In this document: positions 29,989-41,334 of the stretch, piece by piece | Layout: each line of letters begins with the position of its first letter | How positions within the stretch are numbered: position 1 is the first letter of the stretch | Source: Anaerolineae bacterium | GTDB taxonomy: Bacteria; Chloroflexota; Anaerolineae; DUEN01 | Length of the DNA stretch: 64,000 bases | Reading direction: 5' to 3' | Assembly (NCBI GenBank): GCA_034432955.1 | Contig: DAOUBB010000153.1 | Coordinates: forward strand, 4,321 to 68,320 | Program-made: the position numbers and the translations under genes | The notes under the pieces: generated by a model | Seen by the model: the letters and a program-made list of their open reading frames with translations, nothing else | The model's database searches: none | What the model was told of the DNA's origin: nothing

Positions 29989-32424
29989 ATGCGATGGCGG
30001 GCATCGCGCCAAAGGAAGGCTGTTGCATTGGGCATGACGATTATCAGCGTGGTGACGGTGGCATCTGCGATCTCTCATCTTACCTCGTTGCCCCCCTTAA
30101 CCTTTGTGCTGTCGCTTCTGACGGTGGGCCTGACATCTGGCCTCATTGGGTGGTCGCTTGCGACCAGAGAGGGGGCGAACCTGCCTGACGCGCCTCTGTC
30201 GGCTGAACGAAAGCGGATCGAGGAGGCTATCTATCGGGGAAAGAAGGAGTGGGAGGCCACCGTCGACGCGGTGTCCGACCTGATCATTCTGACCGATGCG
30301 GAGGGCAAGATCATCCGCTGCAACCGCTCCACGATTCAGCGCTTCCAGACCACATACGGCGATCTGATAGGGCGTTCCATTCAGGATGTGTTCGGCCTGG
30401 GGGTGGAACCGTCGTTGTGGATGGGCGAAATGCAGTTCCCGCGCCTGGCAGGATGGTTTGAGGTGTCAAGTTATCCGGTCCACCTGGAGAATTGTCTGCT
30501 GGGCGTCGGCTATGTGATGAAAGATGTGACCGAGCGCAGGCAGACCGAAGAGGAGCTGCGACGATATCGGTTGCACCTTGAGACGCTGGTGGAAGAGCGC
30601 ACTGCTGAATTGACGAGAGCCAATCTACAATTGCAGCAGGAAATCGCCGAACGCAGGCGCGCCGAACAGGCTCTTCAGCACCGGCTCCAATTGGAAAAGA
30701 CGGTTTCCACCATCTCGGCTCGCTTCGTGGGGGTCTCAGACATTGACGAGGCCATTGACGCCTCCCTGGCGGATATGGGGCGGTTGAGCGGGGCGAGCCG
30801 CGCGTATTTGTTTCTCTTCCGTGACCACGCAGCTGTGATGGACAACACGCACGAATGGTGTGCGGAGGGGGTCAGCCCGCAGATAGACAACCTGCAGGAT
30901 CTCCCCACGGCGATGTTCCCCTGGTGGATGAGCAAGTTGCAGGCCGGCGAGATCATTCACATCGCGGATGTCTCGAAGATGCCCCCCGAGGCAGAGGCTG
31001 AGAAGCGAATCCTGGAGAGCCAGGACATCAAGTCACTTCTGGTTTTGCCGGTATACGTCAAAGGGGAGCTGGCCGGTTTTACGGGGTTTGACAACGTGAC
31101 GGGAACCGGGGAGTGGAGCCGCGACGATTTGACGCTTCTCCAGCTCTTCTGCGGGATTTTGGGCAGCGCGCTCGAACGGAAGCAGGCGGAGACGGCGCTG
31201 TGGAATGCTCACATCCAGAACGAGCAATTGCTGGCCTCGATCTCGGCGATCTTGATCGGGGTGGATGGCGGTGGCGTCATCACGCACTGGAATCGGGTAG
31301 CCGAGGAGACGTTTGGGGTGAAGATGGTGGATGCGCTCGGGAAGCCGCTGAAGGAGTGCGGCGTGGAGTTTAACCGGGAGCCAGTCATGCGGGCTCTGGT
31401 GGAGTGCCAGGGGAGCGGACGAGCGGTACGGGTAGGGGAGGTCAAGTATCGGCGAGCCGATGGAAAGGAAGGGGTTTTGATCCTGACGGTAAGCCCGTTT
31501 GCAGGGGGGATGGAGCAGGGGATGGGATGCCTGCTGGTAGGGGAGGACATCACGGACCGCATGATCCTGGAGGAGCAGCTCAGGCAGGCGCAGAAGCTGG
31601 AGTCCATCGGGCGGCTGGCAGCCGGGATCGCGCACGAGATCAACACGCCGACGCAGTATGTGGGAGATAACACGCGATTTCTGCAGGAGTCGTTCGTCGA
31701 GCTGAGGCGGGTGCTTAAGGCACATCAGCTTCTCCTGAAAGCGGCCAGGGAGGGAAGCCTGACCCCTGAATTGATCGCCGAAGTGGAGAGAACGGGGGAG
31801 GAGGCGAATCTAGAGTACCTGCTGGCAGAGATCCCGGAGGCGATCCGACAGTCGTTGGAGGGGATCGAGCGGGTGGCGGGGATTGTGCGGGCGATGAAGG
31901 AGTTTTCCCATCCGGGGGTGGAGGGGAAGACGGCGGTGGACATCAATCGCGCCTTGGAGAGCACGATCACGGTGGCACGCAACGAGTGGAAGTACGTGGC
32001 CGAGGTGGAGACGGACTTTGCGGAGGACTTGCCACTGGTGCCGTGCCTGCCAGGCGAGATCAACCAGGTGATGCTGAACATTTTGGTGAACGCTGCGCAG
32101 GCGATTGGAGAGGTGATGGGGCGGGATAGCAACAGGGAGAAAGGAAAGATTCGGGTGAGCACGCGGAGGCTGGGACAGGAGGTGGAGATCCGGATCAGCG
32201 ACACGGGGCCTGGGATACCGGAGGAGATTCGAGGGAAAGTGTTTGATCCGTTCTTCACGACGAAGGAAGTGGGGAAGGGAATGGGGCAGGGGTTGGCGAT
32301 TGCCCATCATGTGGTGGTGGAGAAGCATAAGGGGACCATCACCTTTGAGACGGAGGTGGGCAAGGGCACCACCTTCATCATCCGTCTGCCTGTTGACTCT
32401 GAGAGGGTATCTGAAAAGTCTTAA
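29989..32424 (+). CDS. Membrane PAS/GAF sensor histidine kinase
   Basis: Two TM helices, PAS, GAF, PAS, H-box [36 protein letters not shown]. Confidence 0.95.
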   Translation: MRWRASRQRKAVALGMTIISVVTVASAISHLTSLPPLTFVLSLLTVGLTSGLIGWSLATREGANLPDAPLSAERKRIEEAIYRGKKEWEATVDAVSDLIILTDAEGKIIRCNRSTIQRFQTTYGDLIGRSIQDVFGLGVEPSLWMGEMQFPRLAGWFEVSSYPVHLENCLLGVGYVMKDVTERRQTEEELRRYRLHLETLVEERTAELTRANLQLQQEIAERRRAEQALQHRLQLEKTVSTISARFVGVSDIDEAIDASLADMGRLSGASRAYLFLFRDHAAVMDNTHEWCAEGVSPQIDNLQDLPTAMFPWWMSKLQAGEIIHIADVSKMPPEAEAEKRILESQDIKSLLVLPVYVKGELAGFTGFDNVTGTGEWSRDDLTLLQLFCGILGSALERKQAETALWNAHIQNEQLLASISAILIGVDGGGVITHWNRVAEETFGVKMVDALGKPLKECGVEFNREPVMRALVECQGSGRAVRVGEVKYRRADGKEGVLILTVSPFAGGMEQGMGCLLVGEDITDRMILEEQLRQAQKLESIGRLAAGIAHEINTPTQYVGDNTRFLQESFVELRRVLKAHQLLLKAAREGSLTPELIAEVERTGEEANLEYLLAEIPEAIRQSLEGIERVAGIVRAMKEFSHPGVEGKTAVDINRALESTITVARNEWKYVAEVETDFAEDLPLVPCLPGEINQVMLNILVNAAQAIGEVMGRDSNREKGKIRVSTRRLGQEVEIRISDTGPGIPEEIRGKVFDPFFTTKEVGKGMGQGLAIAHHVVVEKHKGTITFETEVGKGTTFIIRLPVDSERVSEKS

Positions 32425-32567
32425 CCGGCCCCTTTTGCGCCAGATTCGTTGGCGGGCTGAAGCCCACGCCACACGGGCGCAAAGGGAAAAACGCCCGGCT
32501 CCGCGCGCTGCTGAGTGCATCGGAATCAGGTTCCCATCCCACCCAAACGGGTTTCGCGACACCCTCT
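32402..32567. mobile_element. Putative MITE-like element overlapping the kinase stop codon
   Basis: Imperfect terminal inverted repeats AGAGGGTATCTGAAAAGTC / GGGTTTCGCGACACCCTCT; nested internal hairpin containing GCGGGCTGAAGCCCACG. Confidence 0.45.
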
Positions 32568-32602
32568 AAGAAAGCCGACATGTCGCACAGGGTGAGCCCG
32601 CG

Positions 32603-33817
32603 ATGAACAAGCGACGTGTGTTGTTTGTGGATGATGAGCCTAAGATCCTGGCTGCCCTCAACCGCATGCTGTATTCGATGCGCCGAGAATGGGACACCGT
32701 GTTTGCGAGCAGCGGATCGGAAGCGTTAGAGATCATGGATCGAGAGCCGTTTGACGTGATCGTGACAGACATGCGGATGCCGGGCATGGACGGCGCAGCG
32801 CTCTTGAATGAGGTGATGAGACGGCATCCCAAAGTCATCCGGGTGGTCCTGTCCGGTCAGGCTGACAAAGAGGCCATCTTTCGCGCGATCGGCCCCATCC
32901 ACATTTACCTGTCGAAGCCGTGCGACGCGGAGGTGTTGAAGTCTACTCTGGCCCGCGCCTGCATGTTGAGCAGCCTGCTCGCGGACGAGGACCTCAGGCA
33001 GCTCGTCTCCCGGATGGAGACCTTGCCCAGTCTGCCGGCCTTGTACCATGAGATCCTCCGCGAGCTCCAGTCGCCGGAGGTCTCCGCGAAGTCGGTAGGG
33101 CGGATCATCGCGCAGGACATCGGGATGACCGCCAAGGTGTTGCAACTGGTGAATTCCGCCTTTTTCGGGCTTCCGCAGCATGTGTCCAACCCGGTCCAGG
33201 CGGTGGTGCTCCTGGGCCTGGAGACCATCAAGATCCTGGTCCTTTCGACGCACATCTTCTCCCAATTCGAGGAGACCAGGCTCAAGGAACTGCCGATCCA
33301 TTCGCTCTGGCGTCACAGCGTGGCCGTGGGGACGCTGGCCAGGCAGATCGCCAGGGCGGAGAATGCGGATCAGAAGATGATTGACCATGCGGCCATGGCG
33401 GGGCTACTCCACGACGTGGGCAAGCTGGTGTTGGCGGCGAACCTACCGGGGGAGTACAGCCAGGCGTTCGCTCTGGCCGCGCAAGAAGGGCTCGAGTTGC
33501 AGGAGGCGGAGCGCAGGGTATTTGGGAGCAGCCATGCCGAGGTAGGGGCTTATCTGTTGGGGTTGTGGGGGCTGCCCGATTCCATCGTCATGGCAACCGC
33601 CTTTCATCACAGGCCGGCTCTTTGTCCAGACAAGAACAGCAGCCCGCTGGCTGCCGTCCACGTGGCGAACGTTTGGGAGCACGAGGCCCGTCCTGTCGGT
33701 GAAGTCGGCCTGGCGCCTGCAATAGATCATGCGTATCTGGCGGAGCAGGGATTGGCTGAGCGGCTTCCGGTCTGGCGAGACCTCTGTGAGGCGACTCTGC
33801 AAGAAGAAGGTGCGTGA
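32603..33817 (+). CDS. Response regulator with HDOD domain
   Basis: LFVDDEP, VTDMRMP, HDOD motifs LPSLP, QLVNSAFFG, GLLHDVGKL. Confidence 0.95.
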   Translation: MNKRRVLFVDDEPKILAALNRMLYSMRREWDTVFASSGSEALEIMDREPFDVIVTDMRMPGMDGAALLNEVMRRHPKVIRVVLSGQADKEAIFRAIGPIHIYLSKPCDAEVLKSTLARACMLSSLLADEDLRQLVSRMETLPSLPALYHEILRELQSPEVSAKSVGRIIAQDIGMTAKVLQLVNSAFFGLPQHVSNPVQAVVLLGLETIKILVLSTHIFSQFEETRLKELPIHSLWRHSVAVGTLARQIARAENADQKMIDHAAMAGLLHDVGKLVLAANLPGEYSQAFALAAQEGLELQEAERRVFGSSHAEVGAYLLGLWGLPDSIVMATAFHHRPALCPDKNSSPLAAVHVANVWEHEARPVGEVGLAPAIDHAYLAEQGLAERLPVWRDLCEATLQEEGA

Positions 33818-34937
33818 TGAGCGAAAAAGTCCTCTTTGTGGATGACGATCCGAATGTCCTGGCGGCCTATACGCGCATCCTGCGCCGGCAGTTCACCCTT
33901 GAGACGGCTTTGGGGGGCGAGGAGGGGCTCGAAGCGATCGAGAGCCAGGGGCCATTCGCCGTGGTGGTGGCCGATATGCGCATGCCCGGCATGGATGGCA
34001 TTCAGTTTCTGGCTCATGTGAAGGAGCGAGCGCCGGACACGGTGCGCATCATGCTCACCGGCAACGCCGATTTGCAGACAGCGATAGACGCGGTCAACGA
34101 GGGCAACATCTTTCGATTCCTGGTCAAGCCCTGTCCCTCGGAGACGTTGAGCCATGCTTTGCGGGCGGCCATCGAGCAATATCATCTGGTAACCGCCGAG
34201 CGAGAGCTGCTGGAGAAGACGTTAACCGGCAGCGTAAGGCTGCTAACCGAGCTCCTGAGCATGGTAAACCCGGCCGCCTTTAGCCAGGCGTCCCGCCTTA
34301 GACGCTATGTCCGGCATATCGCTGTCCAACTGCGCCTGCCGAATGCATGGCAGTTTGAAGTGGCAGCCATGCTCTCTCAGATCGGAGCGATCACCCTGCC
34401 GCGCCAGTTGTTTGAAAAGGTCCAGAACCAACAGCCGCTGACCGGGGAAGAGCGGAGAATGTATGCCTCACATCCTGCCATTGGGGCGAGGCTCCTGGCG
34501 AACATCCCACGGCTAGAGTCCATCGCCCGGGGCTATCTCAGCCCCCGAATTTAGCTCAGGGGGAGGAGCTGGTCGCTCTGGGAGCACAGATCCTCCGGGT
34601 GGCGATTGACTTCGACCAATTGCTGTTGCGAGGTACTTCGATCAAAGTGGCTGTATCCACCATGCGGATGCGATACGATGAATATAACCCGCAAATCGTG
34701 GCGGCCCTCGAGAATTTCCAGGCAGACGAAGAGGCGGGGACCATCAAGATGCTCACGGTCAATGAGCTCAAGCTGCACATGGTGATTGAAGAGGACATCC
34801 ATGCCAGGAATGGGCTGCTCCTGGTAGCTAAGGGGCAGGAGGTCACGCTCCCGATCCTCATCTCACTGCGCAACTTCGCTCAACAAGTCGGCGTGGTAGA
34901 ACCTTTCCGCGTACGGGTGTTGCCGCCTGGCGCCTGA
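33814..34937 (+). pseudogene. Response regulator (REC + HD-like output domain) split by a frameshift near 34530
   Basis: Frame 1 ends LESIARGYLSPRI* (34554). The alternate frame reads LSQPPNLAQGEELVALGAQILRVAIDFDQLL...PPGA* (34937), the expected C-terminal continuation. Confidence 0.8.
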
Positions 34938-35103
34938 GGCCCGACCGGTGGATTTGAGGTGGTCTCCCTGTTGCGTGTTGTTGCTGTGAAACGGCGGCGG
35001 ATGAATGACGCCGCTGGCGCGCTCGGTAGTATCACAAGGAGGTGCAGCGGTTTTACCTGCTCGGGCGTTGGGTCTCTCATCTTGCCCGCTGGCTGACTTT
35101 GAA

Positions 35104-35889
35104 TTATGCCGAGGCCCCGGAGTAATGCCGCACGCCAATGCGCCAGAACCAGCGCGAGCCGATGAGCAGGGCCATCGCCAGGGCCGTGGTGCCGAGCAAC
35201 GTCTGCCATGTCAGGCGGCCGGCCAGCGCCTCGGCCGGCACTGTGATGGCAAAGGCGATCGGCACGATAAACGTCAAGGCAACGCGTAGCCACGGTGGGT
35301 ATATGCCCACGGGCCAGCGCCCGGCCTCGTACATGCTCTGAAAGATCACGAGGATATTCTCCACCCGCACGAACCAAAACGAGCAGGTGGCCAGGATCAG
35401 CCAGAAGCTGTAGACGATCACCCCGCCGGCCAACAGCGTCAGCGCAAAGGCGAAGGCGTACCAGAACCCGATGACGGCCCCCAATCGCGTCAACGCCACG
35501 GCCAATGTGCCCACGCCCAAAGCCACGTCTATCAGCTTCCAGACCTCGATTTGCTGGACGCTCACGAGCAGTTGGGCGTCCTCCGGCTTGGTCAGCGTAA
35601 AATCGAGGGTCCCCCGCCGCACATCCTCCATGAACCGTTCCATGCTGGGTCGGATCACCAGATTGATGGCGCCGCCTACAAGGAAATAGACGCCCAACAA
35701 GGCCAGCAGCTCATCCGGGCGCCAGCCGCCCAGCGTGTCGGTGTGGGCGAAAACCACCGCCAGTCCGGCCAGCGCCGTCCCCAGCCCCAAGGCCGACTGG
35801 AACAGTTGCACGAGAAAGTTCGCCCGGTACTCCAGCTCGCTCAGGATGCCCAGCCGAAAGTACAGCCACAAAAGCCGCAGATAAGTCAC
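35104..35889 (-). CDS. ABC-2 family permease (orphan)
   Basis: LEYRANF, VRRGTLDFTLTKP, RWPVGIYP, TFIVPIAF, YSGASA C-terminus. GTG 35889 with GGGAGG RBS. Confidence 0.9.
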   Translation of the reverse strand: MTYLRLLWLYFRLGILSELEYRANFLVQLFQSALGLGTALAGLAVVFAHTDTLGGWRPDELLALLGVYFLVGGAINLVIRPSMERFMEDVRRGTLDFTLTKPEDAQLLVSVQQIEVWKLIDVALGVGTLAVALTRLGAVIGFWYAFAFALTLLAGGVIVYSFWLILATCSFWFVRVENILVIFQSMYEAGRWPVGIYPPWLRVALTFIVPIAFAITVPAEALAGRLTWQTLLGTTALAMALLIGSRWFWRIGVRHYSGASA

Positions 35890-36109
35890 CTTCCCTCCCC
35901 GGCATTCGGTCTTCGTCCGGCACGTAGTATATACCACAACCGGCTCTGCCGGCCACCCCAGGACTTTTCAAAAGCCCAACCCGCACGTAGAAAACGCCGT
36001 GTTCGATCCCCCCACCACCGGCCACATTAAACATTGTGGTTTGATCTTTGAAAGGCCCTGCGGCCACCCATCCGGTTTTGCCCGGCTTCTGCCGGTTGTT
36101 GTAGAATAG

Positions 36110-36202
36110 CTCGACCACCGGTTACGCCCGCTGGGGGTGCTCATCGAGTCGTTGGCCGTCATCACCAGTATGGAAGATGGCCGTATCGAGTTCGCCGAGT
36201 GA
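36110..36202 (+). pseudogene. xpt: C-terminal remnant of xanthine phosphoribosyltransferase
   Basis: LDHRLRPLGVLIESLAVITSMEDGRIEFAE* resembles the Xpt C-terminus (B. subtilis ...[21 protein letters not shown], recalled); no start codon, in-frame stop just upstream. Confidence 0.65.
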
Positions 36203-36223
36203 GCAGGGCGAGGGGCTACGGGT

Positions 36224-37768
36224 ATGACGCGTGAAGCGATCGCCGTGGTTGATTTCGGTTCCCAATACGCGCAATTGATCGCCCGGCGCGTGCGCGAGGC
36301 GCATGTCTATTGTGAGCTGATCCCATGGGATGCGCCGGATGAGGCCTTCGAGCGCCTGGAGCTGCGAGGATTTATCCTGTCTGGAGGGCCGGCCAGTGTC
36401 TACGAGCCGGACGCGCCGCGGCTGCCCCGCGCGGTAGCCCGGGCGGAAAAGCCGGTGTTGGGCATTTGTTACGGGATGCAGGTGCTTGCCCATGAGCTGG
36501 GAGGCCGCGTGGCGCCGGCTTCCGAGCGCGAGTACGGCCCGGCTGAGCTGGCTGTGCTGGACCCCGATGCGCCGCTGTTTGCGGACTTGCCCCCGCGTGA
36601 GCCGGTCTGGATGAGCCACGGCGACCGGATCGAAGCGCTCCCGCCTGGCTGGTCCGCGTTGGCCCGCACGGATAACTCGCCGGTGGCCGCCATGGGCGAT
36701 GTCGCGCGCGGCTGGTATGGCCTGCAATTTCATCCCGAGGTCGCCCATACTCGCTATGGCCGCGAGATCCTGCACAACTTCCTGTATCGCGTGTGCGGGT
36801 GCCAGGGAACCTGGACGCCGGGGTCCTTCATTGACGAAGCGGTGGCGCGTATTCGCGAGCAGGTGGGCGACGGTCGCGTGGTCTGTGGGTTGAGCGGCGG
36901 GGTGGATTCGGCGGTGACGGCCGCGCTGGTCGGCCGCGCGGTCGGCGATCAGCTTACCTGCATTTTCGTCAACACCGGGTTGTTGCGTCAGGGCGAGCCA
37001 CAGCAGGTGGTGGAAACCTTCGAGCGCGCGCTAGGGTTGCGGCTGGTCGCTGTAGATGCGGCCGAAGAGTTCCTCGCCGATCTGGAGGGGGTGACCGATC
37101 CCGAGGAAAAACGCAAGCGGATCGGCGCCCGCTTCATCCGCGTGTTCGAGCGCGAGGCGCGAGCGTTGGGACGGGTGGATTTCCTGGCTCAGGGGACCCT
37201 GTACCCGGACGTGATCGAGTCCACCTCGGCAGAAACGCGGGCAGCGCAGAAGATCAAAACGCACCACAACGTTGGGGGTCTGCCACCCGATTTACCGTTC
37301 CGGCTGATCGAGCCGCTGCGTTATCTCTTCAAGGACGAAGTGCGGGCGGTGGGTGAAGCGTTGGGACTGCCCGAGGAGATCGTCTGGCGGCATCCTTTCC
37401 CCGGCCCGGGGCTGGCCATCCGCGTCCTGGGCGAGGTGACCTGGCCGCGCCTGGAAACGCTGCGCAAGGCGGACGCGATTTTGCTGGAAGAGGTGCGCGC
37501 GGCGGGCCTATACCGACAAACGGCGCAGGTTTTCGCGGTGCTACTGCCGGTACGCTCCGTCGGCGTGATGGGCGACGGCCGCACCTATGCCGATGTGGTG
37601 GCTCTGCGGGCGGTGACCACAGACGACTTCATGACCGCCGATTGGGCGCGGCTGCCCTATGAGTTGCTGGCGCGCATCAGCAGCCGCATCGTGAACGAGG
37701 TGCCGGGTGTCAACCGGGTTGTCTACGACATCACGTCCAAGCCGCCTGGCACCATCGAATGGGAATGA
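36224..37768 (+). CDS. guaA: GMP synthase (glutamine-hydrolysing)
   Basis: [56 protein letters not shown]. Confidence 0.98.
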   Translation: MTREAIAVVDFGSQYAQLIARRVREAHVYCELIPWDAPDEAFERLELRGFILSGGPASVYEPDAPRLPRAVARAEKPVLGICYGMQVLAHELGGRVAPASEREYGPAELAVLDPDAPLFADLPPREPVWMSHGDRIEALPPGWSALARTDNSPVAAMGDVARGWYGLQFHPEVAHTRYGREILHNFLYRVCGCQGTWTPGSFIDEAVARIREQVGDGRVVCGLSGGVDSAVTAALVGRAVGDQLTCIFVNTGLLRQGEPQQVVETFERALGLRLVAVDAAEEFLADLEGVTDPEEKRKRIGARFIRVFEREARALGRVDFLAQGTLYPDVIESTSAETRAAQKIKTHHNVGGLPPDLPFRLIEPLRYLFKDEVRAVGEALGLPEEIVWRHPFPGPGLAIRVLGEVTWPRLETLRKADAILLEEVRAAGLYRQTAQVFAVLLPVRSVGVMGDGRTYADVVALRAVTTDDFMTADWARLPYELLARISSRIVNEVPGVNRVVYDITSKPPGTIEWE

Positions 37769-37851
37769 GGGGGGCGAGGCCCTCTAGAGGCTATCTGAGA
37801 GGGGGGCAGCGCCGCTATGCCCCCTGCTGAGAGACGGTCAAGGCTGAGCGG

Positions 37852-39273
37852 ATGCGTAAATCTCGTCTGTTTTTGCTGGGAATGGTTGCCTTTCTGGCGG
37901 TTTCCCTCGGCCCCCGGCTATGGATCTATCAGCGCGAGATGGGGCCGATCCCGCCGGGGGTGATCGTGGCAGGGATGGATCTCAGCGGGGCTCAGACCCT
38001 GGATGAGGCCGCCCGACTCTTAAATGACGCTTTCGCGCAGCCTGTGATCGTCCGCTATGCCGGGCAGCGCCTGATTTTGCGCCCCTCCGAGGTCGGCTTC
38101 CAGCCCAATCTGCAGGCGACGCTGACGGAAGCGGTGAGTTATCGTCGCGGCGAGCACTTCTGGCGCGGCTTCTGGGCCCAGATCGCTCATCAGCCGCCGC
38201 CCCGCGTGGAAGTTCCCCTGCGTTTTACGCTCGACACCACGGCGCTGGCCCGCTGGTTTCAGGAAGTTGCCTCTCGTAATGATCGCGCCCCGCAGCCTCC
38301 CCGTGTCATCCCGGGCACCGGTCAGATCGCTCCGGGGAAGCCGGGTCGCCGGTTGGATGCACAGGCGTCGGTGCCGGGCCTTGTCGCCGCGCTGACCAGC
38401 ATCACCGATCGGCAGGCGGACCTGGTGGTGATCGAGGAACCAGCGCCTAAGCCCGACATCTCGCTGCTGCGCGAGCTGCTGCAGGATCGCCTGAAGGGCT
38501 TTCCGGGGATCGCGGCCGTGTGGGTGCGTGACATCCGCAATCGACGCGAGATCGGGATCAACGAGGAAGTGGCCTACGCGGCGATGAGTACGCTCAAGAT
38601 CCCCATCCTGATGGAGGTGTATCGCCGGTTGGATGCCGTGCCGGACGCGCAGATGCAGGCCCTGATCTCCGACATGATGCTGCAAAGCGGCAACGATTCC
38701 GCGAACCAGTTGCTGGGTTTCATCGGCGATGGCGATTCTGAGCGGGGTGCACAGGTGCTGACGGAATCGGTACGTCGGCTGGGGCTCCGCAACACCTTTA
38801 TGGCCGCACCGTATTACGTCCGTTCGGAGACGGTTCCCCACGTGGTGACGCCGGCCAATCAGCGCAAGGACCTGGACACCAAGCCAGACCCGTTCATGCA
38901 GACGACGGCTAAGGATATGGGCTTGCTGATGGAAATGGTGGTCCAGTGCGCCGATGGCGGGGGTACGCTGTTGGCTGCTTATCCCGGCCAGATCACCCCG
39001 AGCGAGTGTCGTCAGATGATTGATTGGATGCTGAAGCTGCGCGTGGGCGCTTTGCTGGAGCTGGGGTTGCCGGAGGGGGCGCCGTTCGCGCACAAACATG
39101 GTTTCATTGATGATACCCACGGCGATGTAGGAGTGGTCTGGGGGCCCAATGGGCCTTTCGTAATATCCGTCTTCCTGTACAAGCCGGTGTGGCTGGAGTG
39201 GCCACTCAGCTCCGCTGTGATGGCCGACATCGCCCGCATCACGTACGAGTTTCTGGCGAACTATCCGCCGTAA
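37852..39273 (+). CDS. Serine hydrolase (class A beta-lactamase-like) with N-terminal peptidoglycan-binding region
   Basis: SxxK (MSTLK), SGN, HKHG; N-terminal membrane anchor. Confidence 0.88.
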   Translation: MRKSRLFLLGMVAFLAVSLGPRLWIYQREMGPIPPGVIVAGMDLSGAQTLDEAARLLNDAFAQPVIVRYAGQRLILRPSEVGFQPNLQATLTEAVSYRRGEHFWRGFWAQIAHQPPPRVEVPLRFTLDTTALARWFQEVASRNDRAPQPPRVIPGTGQIAPGKPGRRLDAQASVPGLVAALTSITDRQADLVVIEEPAPKPDISLLRELLQDRLKGFPGIAAVWVRDIRNRREIGINEEVAYAAMSTLKIPILMEVYRRLDAVPDAQMQALISDMMLQSGNDSANQLLGFIGDGDSERGAQVLTESVRRLGLRNTFMAAPYYVRSETVPHVVTPANQRKDLDTKPDPFMQTTAKDMGLLMEMVVQCADGGGTLLAAYPGQITPSECRQMIDWMLKLRVGALLELGLPEGAPFAHKHGFIDDTHGDVGVVWGPNGPFVISVFLYKPVWLEWPLSSAVMADIARITYEFLANYPP

Positions 39274-39281
39274 TGGATCGC

Positions 39282-39310
39282 TTGAACGAGATCGCCTCTT
39301 GTCATATAAT
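39282..39310 (+). promoter_or_regulatory. Sigma70-type promoter
   Basis: TTGAAC-N17-TATAAT. Confidence 0.7.
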
Positions 39311-39435
39311 TTTGTCAAGTGGATCGGGTAGGTTCCTTACACCTCAGGCCCTCTCGTGAGTGTTATAAATGAATGTCAAATATCGTGCCACACGCCTGGT
39401 TTGCTTTGTGCACGTGACATGAGGAGTGGAGAGCG

Positions 39436-41334
39436 ATGGCTACGACTGTGTCCGAGCCGAATGCCGAAATGATCCCCCGGCGAAAAGGCTGGCTGCGCCG
39501 TCACCCCAAAGAGGCCAGACCGAAATCGCAGACCCTGGAGGCGAGGCGCAAGCATCCCCTCCGTCGCCTGCTTCGCTTCATCCGCTCGACCTGGCTATGG
39601 GCCGTGCTGATCGGCCTTGGCTACTGGGCTTATCAGGATCCGGAGGTCCTCAACCTCATTCTGATCGGCCTGAGCTTTATCTTTCGTATCTTGTTCGCCA
39701 TTGCCTTCGTCATCATCCAGTTCGTGGCGATCTTCTGGTTCATGGCTCAGACCAAGGTCGAGGTCATCCGCCCTGGCGATCCCAAGCAGGTTACCTTTGC
39801 CGATTACAAAGGCCAGCCCAACCTGCTAAAGCTCGTCAAACAATGGATCTCGTTGCTGTCCGATCGTCGCAAGTTTCAGGAGATGGGGGGGCAGTTCATC
39901 AACGGCCTGTTGTTGTATGGCGAGCCAGGGACAGGCAAGACGTTCCTGGCGAAGGCGATGGCCGGCGAGGCGGGCGTGCCGTTCATCTCGATCGAGGGGT
40001 CCGGCTTTCGGGCGATGTTTTGGGGCGTGGACGTCCTGCGCATGATCTGGTTCGTGCGCAAGGCGCGCAAGCTAGCTCGTGAGTACGGCGCATGCATCGC
40101 TTACATTGACGAGATTGATGCCGTGGGCATGTCGCGCGGTGGGGTGATGGGTGGCCAGGGCCAAACCGGCATGGGCTGGGGAGGGGGCTTCCCGTTCTTC
40201 GGGGGCACTGGCGCGCTCACCCGGCTGCTTTACGAGATGGACGGCATCGGGGAGATGACGCGCTGGGAGAAGTGGCGCGCCAAGTGGTGCCAGTTGCGCA
40301 AAAAGCCGATCCCGCCGCGCAACTGGCATGTGCTCTTCATGGGTTCGACCAATCGGCCGGATGTGCTCGACCCGGCTCTCACCCGACCTGGCCGTTTCGA
40401 CCGCACTATCGTGGTGGATAAGCCCGATCGCGCTGGCCGGCGTGAGATCATCAAGTACTACCTGAGCAAGATCAAGCATGACGACACCGTAGACATCGAG
40501 GCTATTGTCAGCGACACCGCCTGGGCCACGCCGGCCAAGATCATGTCGGCTATCACTAAAGACGCCGTGCGCCTGGCCCTCTTCGACGGCCGTGACAAGG
40601 TGAGCCAGCGCGACATCGAGTTGGCCTTCCAGGAGCAGGCGATGGGCCTGGAAAACCCCATCGAGGAGATGCAGGAGGATCAGCGCCGGCAGGTCGCCTA
40701 CCATGAGGCCGGCCATGCCGTCGCGCAGCACTACCTGCGCCCGGACGAGCGGATCGTGCGCGTGAGCATCATCCGGCGTTCGGAAGCGCTTGGCTACGTG
40801 TTGCCGGTGCCCAACTACGACATCTACGCCTTGCCCTTGCGCACCATCGTGGCCGACATCATGGTGTCCCTGGCCGGCCATGTGGCGGTCAAGATCTTTC
40901 TGGGCGAATACTGGACCGGCGCGCACTCCGATTTCCAGCAGATCCGCAATCGCCTGTGGACGCTGGCCAGCCTCGGCTATTTCGGCCCGCCCATCGCCGA
41001 CCCTGCCTTCCTGGCGCGCGGCGACTTCAAGCATCCGGAGATCGAGCGCTTCTGGGAGCAGGCTGAGGAGAGCGTTGAAAAGCTATTGCGCCAGCACGCC
41101 CGCGAGGTCGAGGCCGTCGCTCAGGCCTTGCTGACCAAGGGGGATCTGACGGGCAAGGAGTGCCTGGAGATCATGGCACAGGCTGCCGCACAAGATGGCC
41201 ACCGCGAGGACGGCCAGGGGGCTGTAGAGGCCCTGATCCCCGAAGCGGTGGCGGCGGCTTCGACTTCATCCAACGGCGACCGGGCTCCTCAGCCAGTTCT
41301 GCCAGCAGAAAGTGAGGGGGAAAGGCCGCGCTAG
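39436..41334 (+). CDS. FtsH-like AAA+ ATPase / M41 metalloprotease
   Basis: Two TM helices, GEPGTGKT, IDEIDAVG, TNRPDVLDPALTRPGRFDR, HEAGH. Confidence 0.92.
   Translation: MATTVSEPNAEMIPRRKGWLRRHPKEARPKSQTLEARRKHPLRRLLRFIRSTWLWAVLIGLGYWAYQDPEVLNLILIGLSFIFRILFAIAFVIIQFVAIFWFMAQTKVEVIRPGDPKQVTFADYKGQPNLLKLVKQWISLLSDRRKFQEMGGQFINGLLLYGEPGTGKTFLAKAMAGEAGVPFISIEGSGFRAMFWGVDVLRMIWFVRKARKLAREYGACIAYIDEIDAVGMSRGGVMGGQGQTGMGWGGGFPFFGGTGALTRLLYEMDGIGEMTRWEKWRAKWCQLRKKPIPPRNWHVLFMGSTNRPDVLDPALTRPGRFDRTIVVDKPDRAGRREIIKYYLSKIKHDDTVDIEAIVSDTAWATPAKIMSAITKDAVRLALFDGRDKVSQRDIELAFQEQAMGLENPIEEMQEDQRRQVAYHEAGHAVAQHYLRPDERIVRVSIIRRSEALGYVLPVPNYDIYALPLRTIVADIMVSLAGHVAVKIFLGEYWTGAHSDFQQIRNRLWTLASLGYFGPPIADPAFLARGDFKHPEIERFWEQAEESVEKLLRQHAREVEAVAQALLTKGDLTGKECLEIMAQAAAQDGHREDGQGAVEALIPEAVAAASTSSNGDRAPQPVLPAESEGERPR

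Noticed and set aside
34520-34545. Programmed -1 ribosomal frameshift
   Set aside because: CCCGGGG is not phased as X XXY YYZ in the upstream frame; a deletion or assembly error is more parsimonious.
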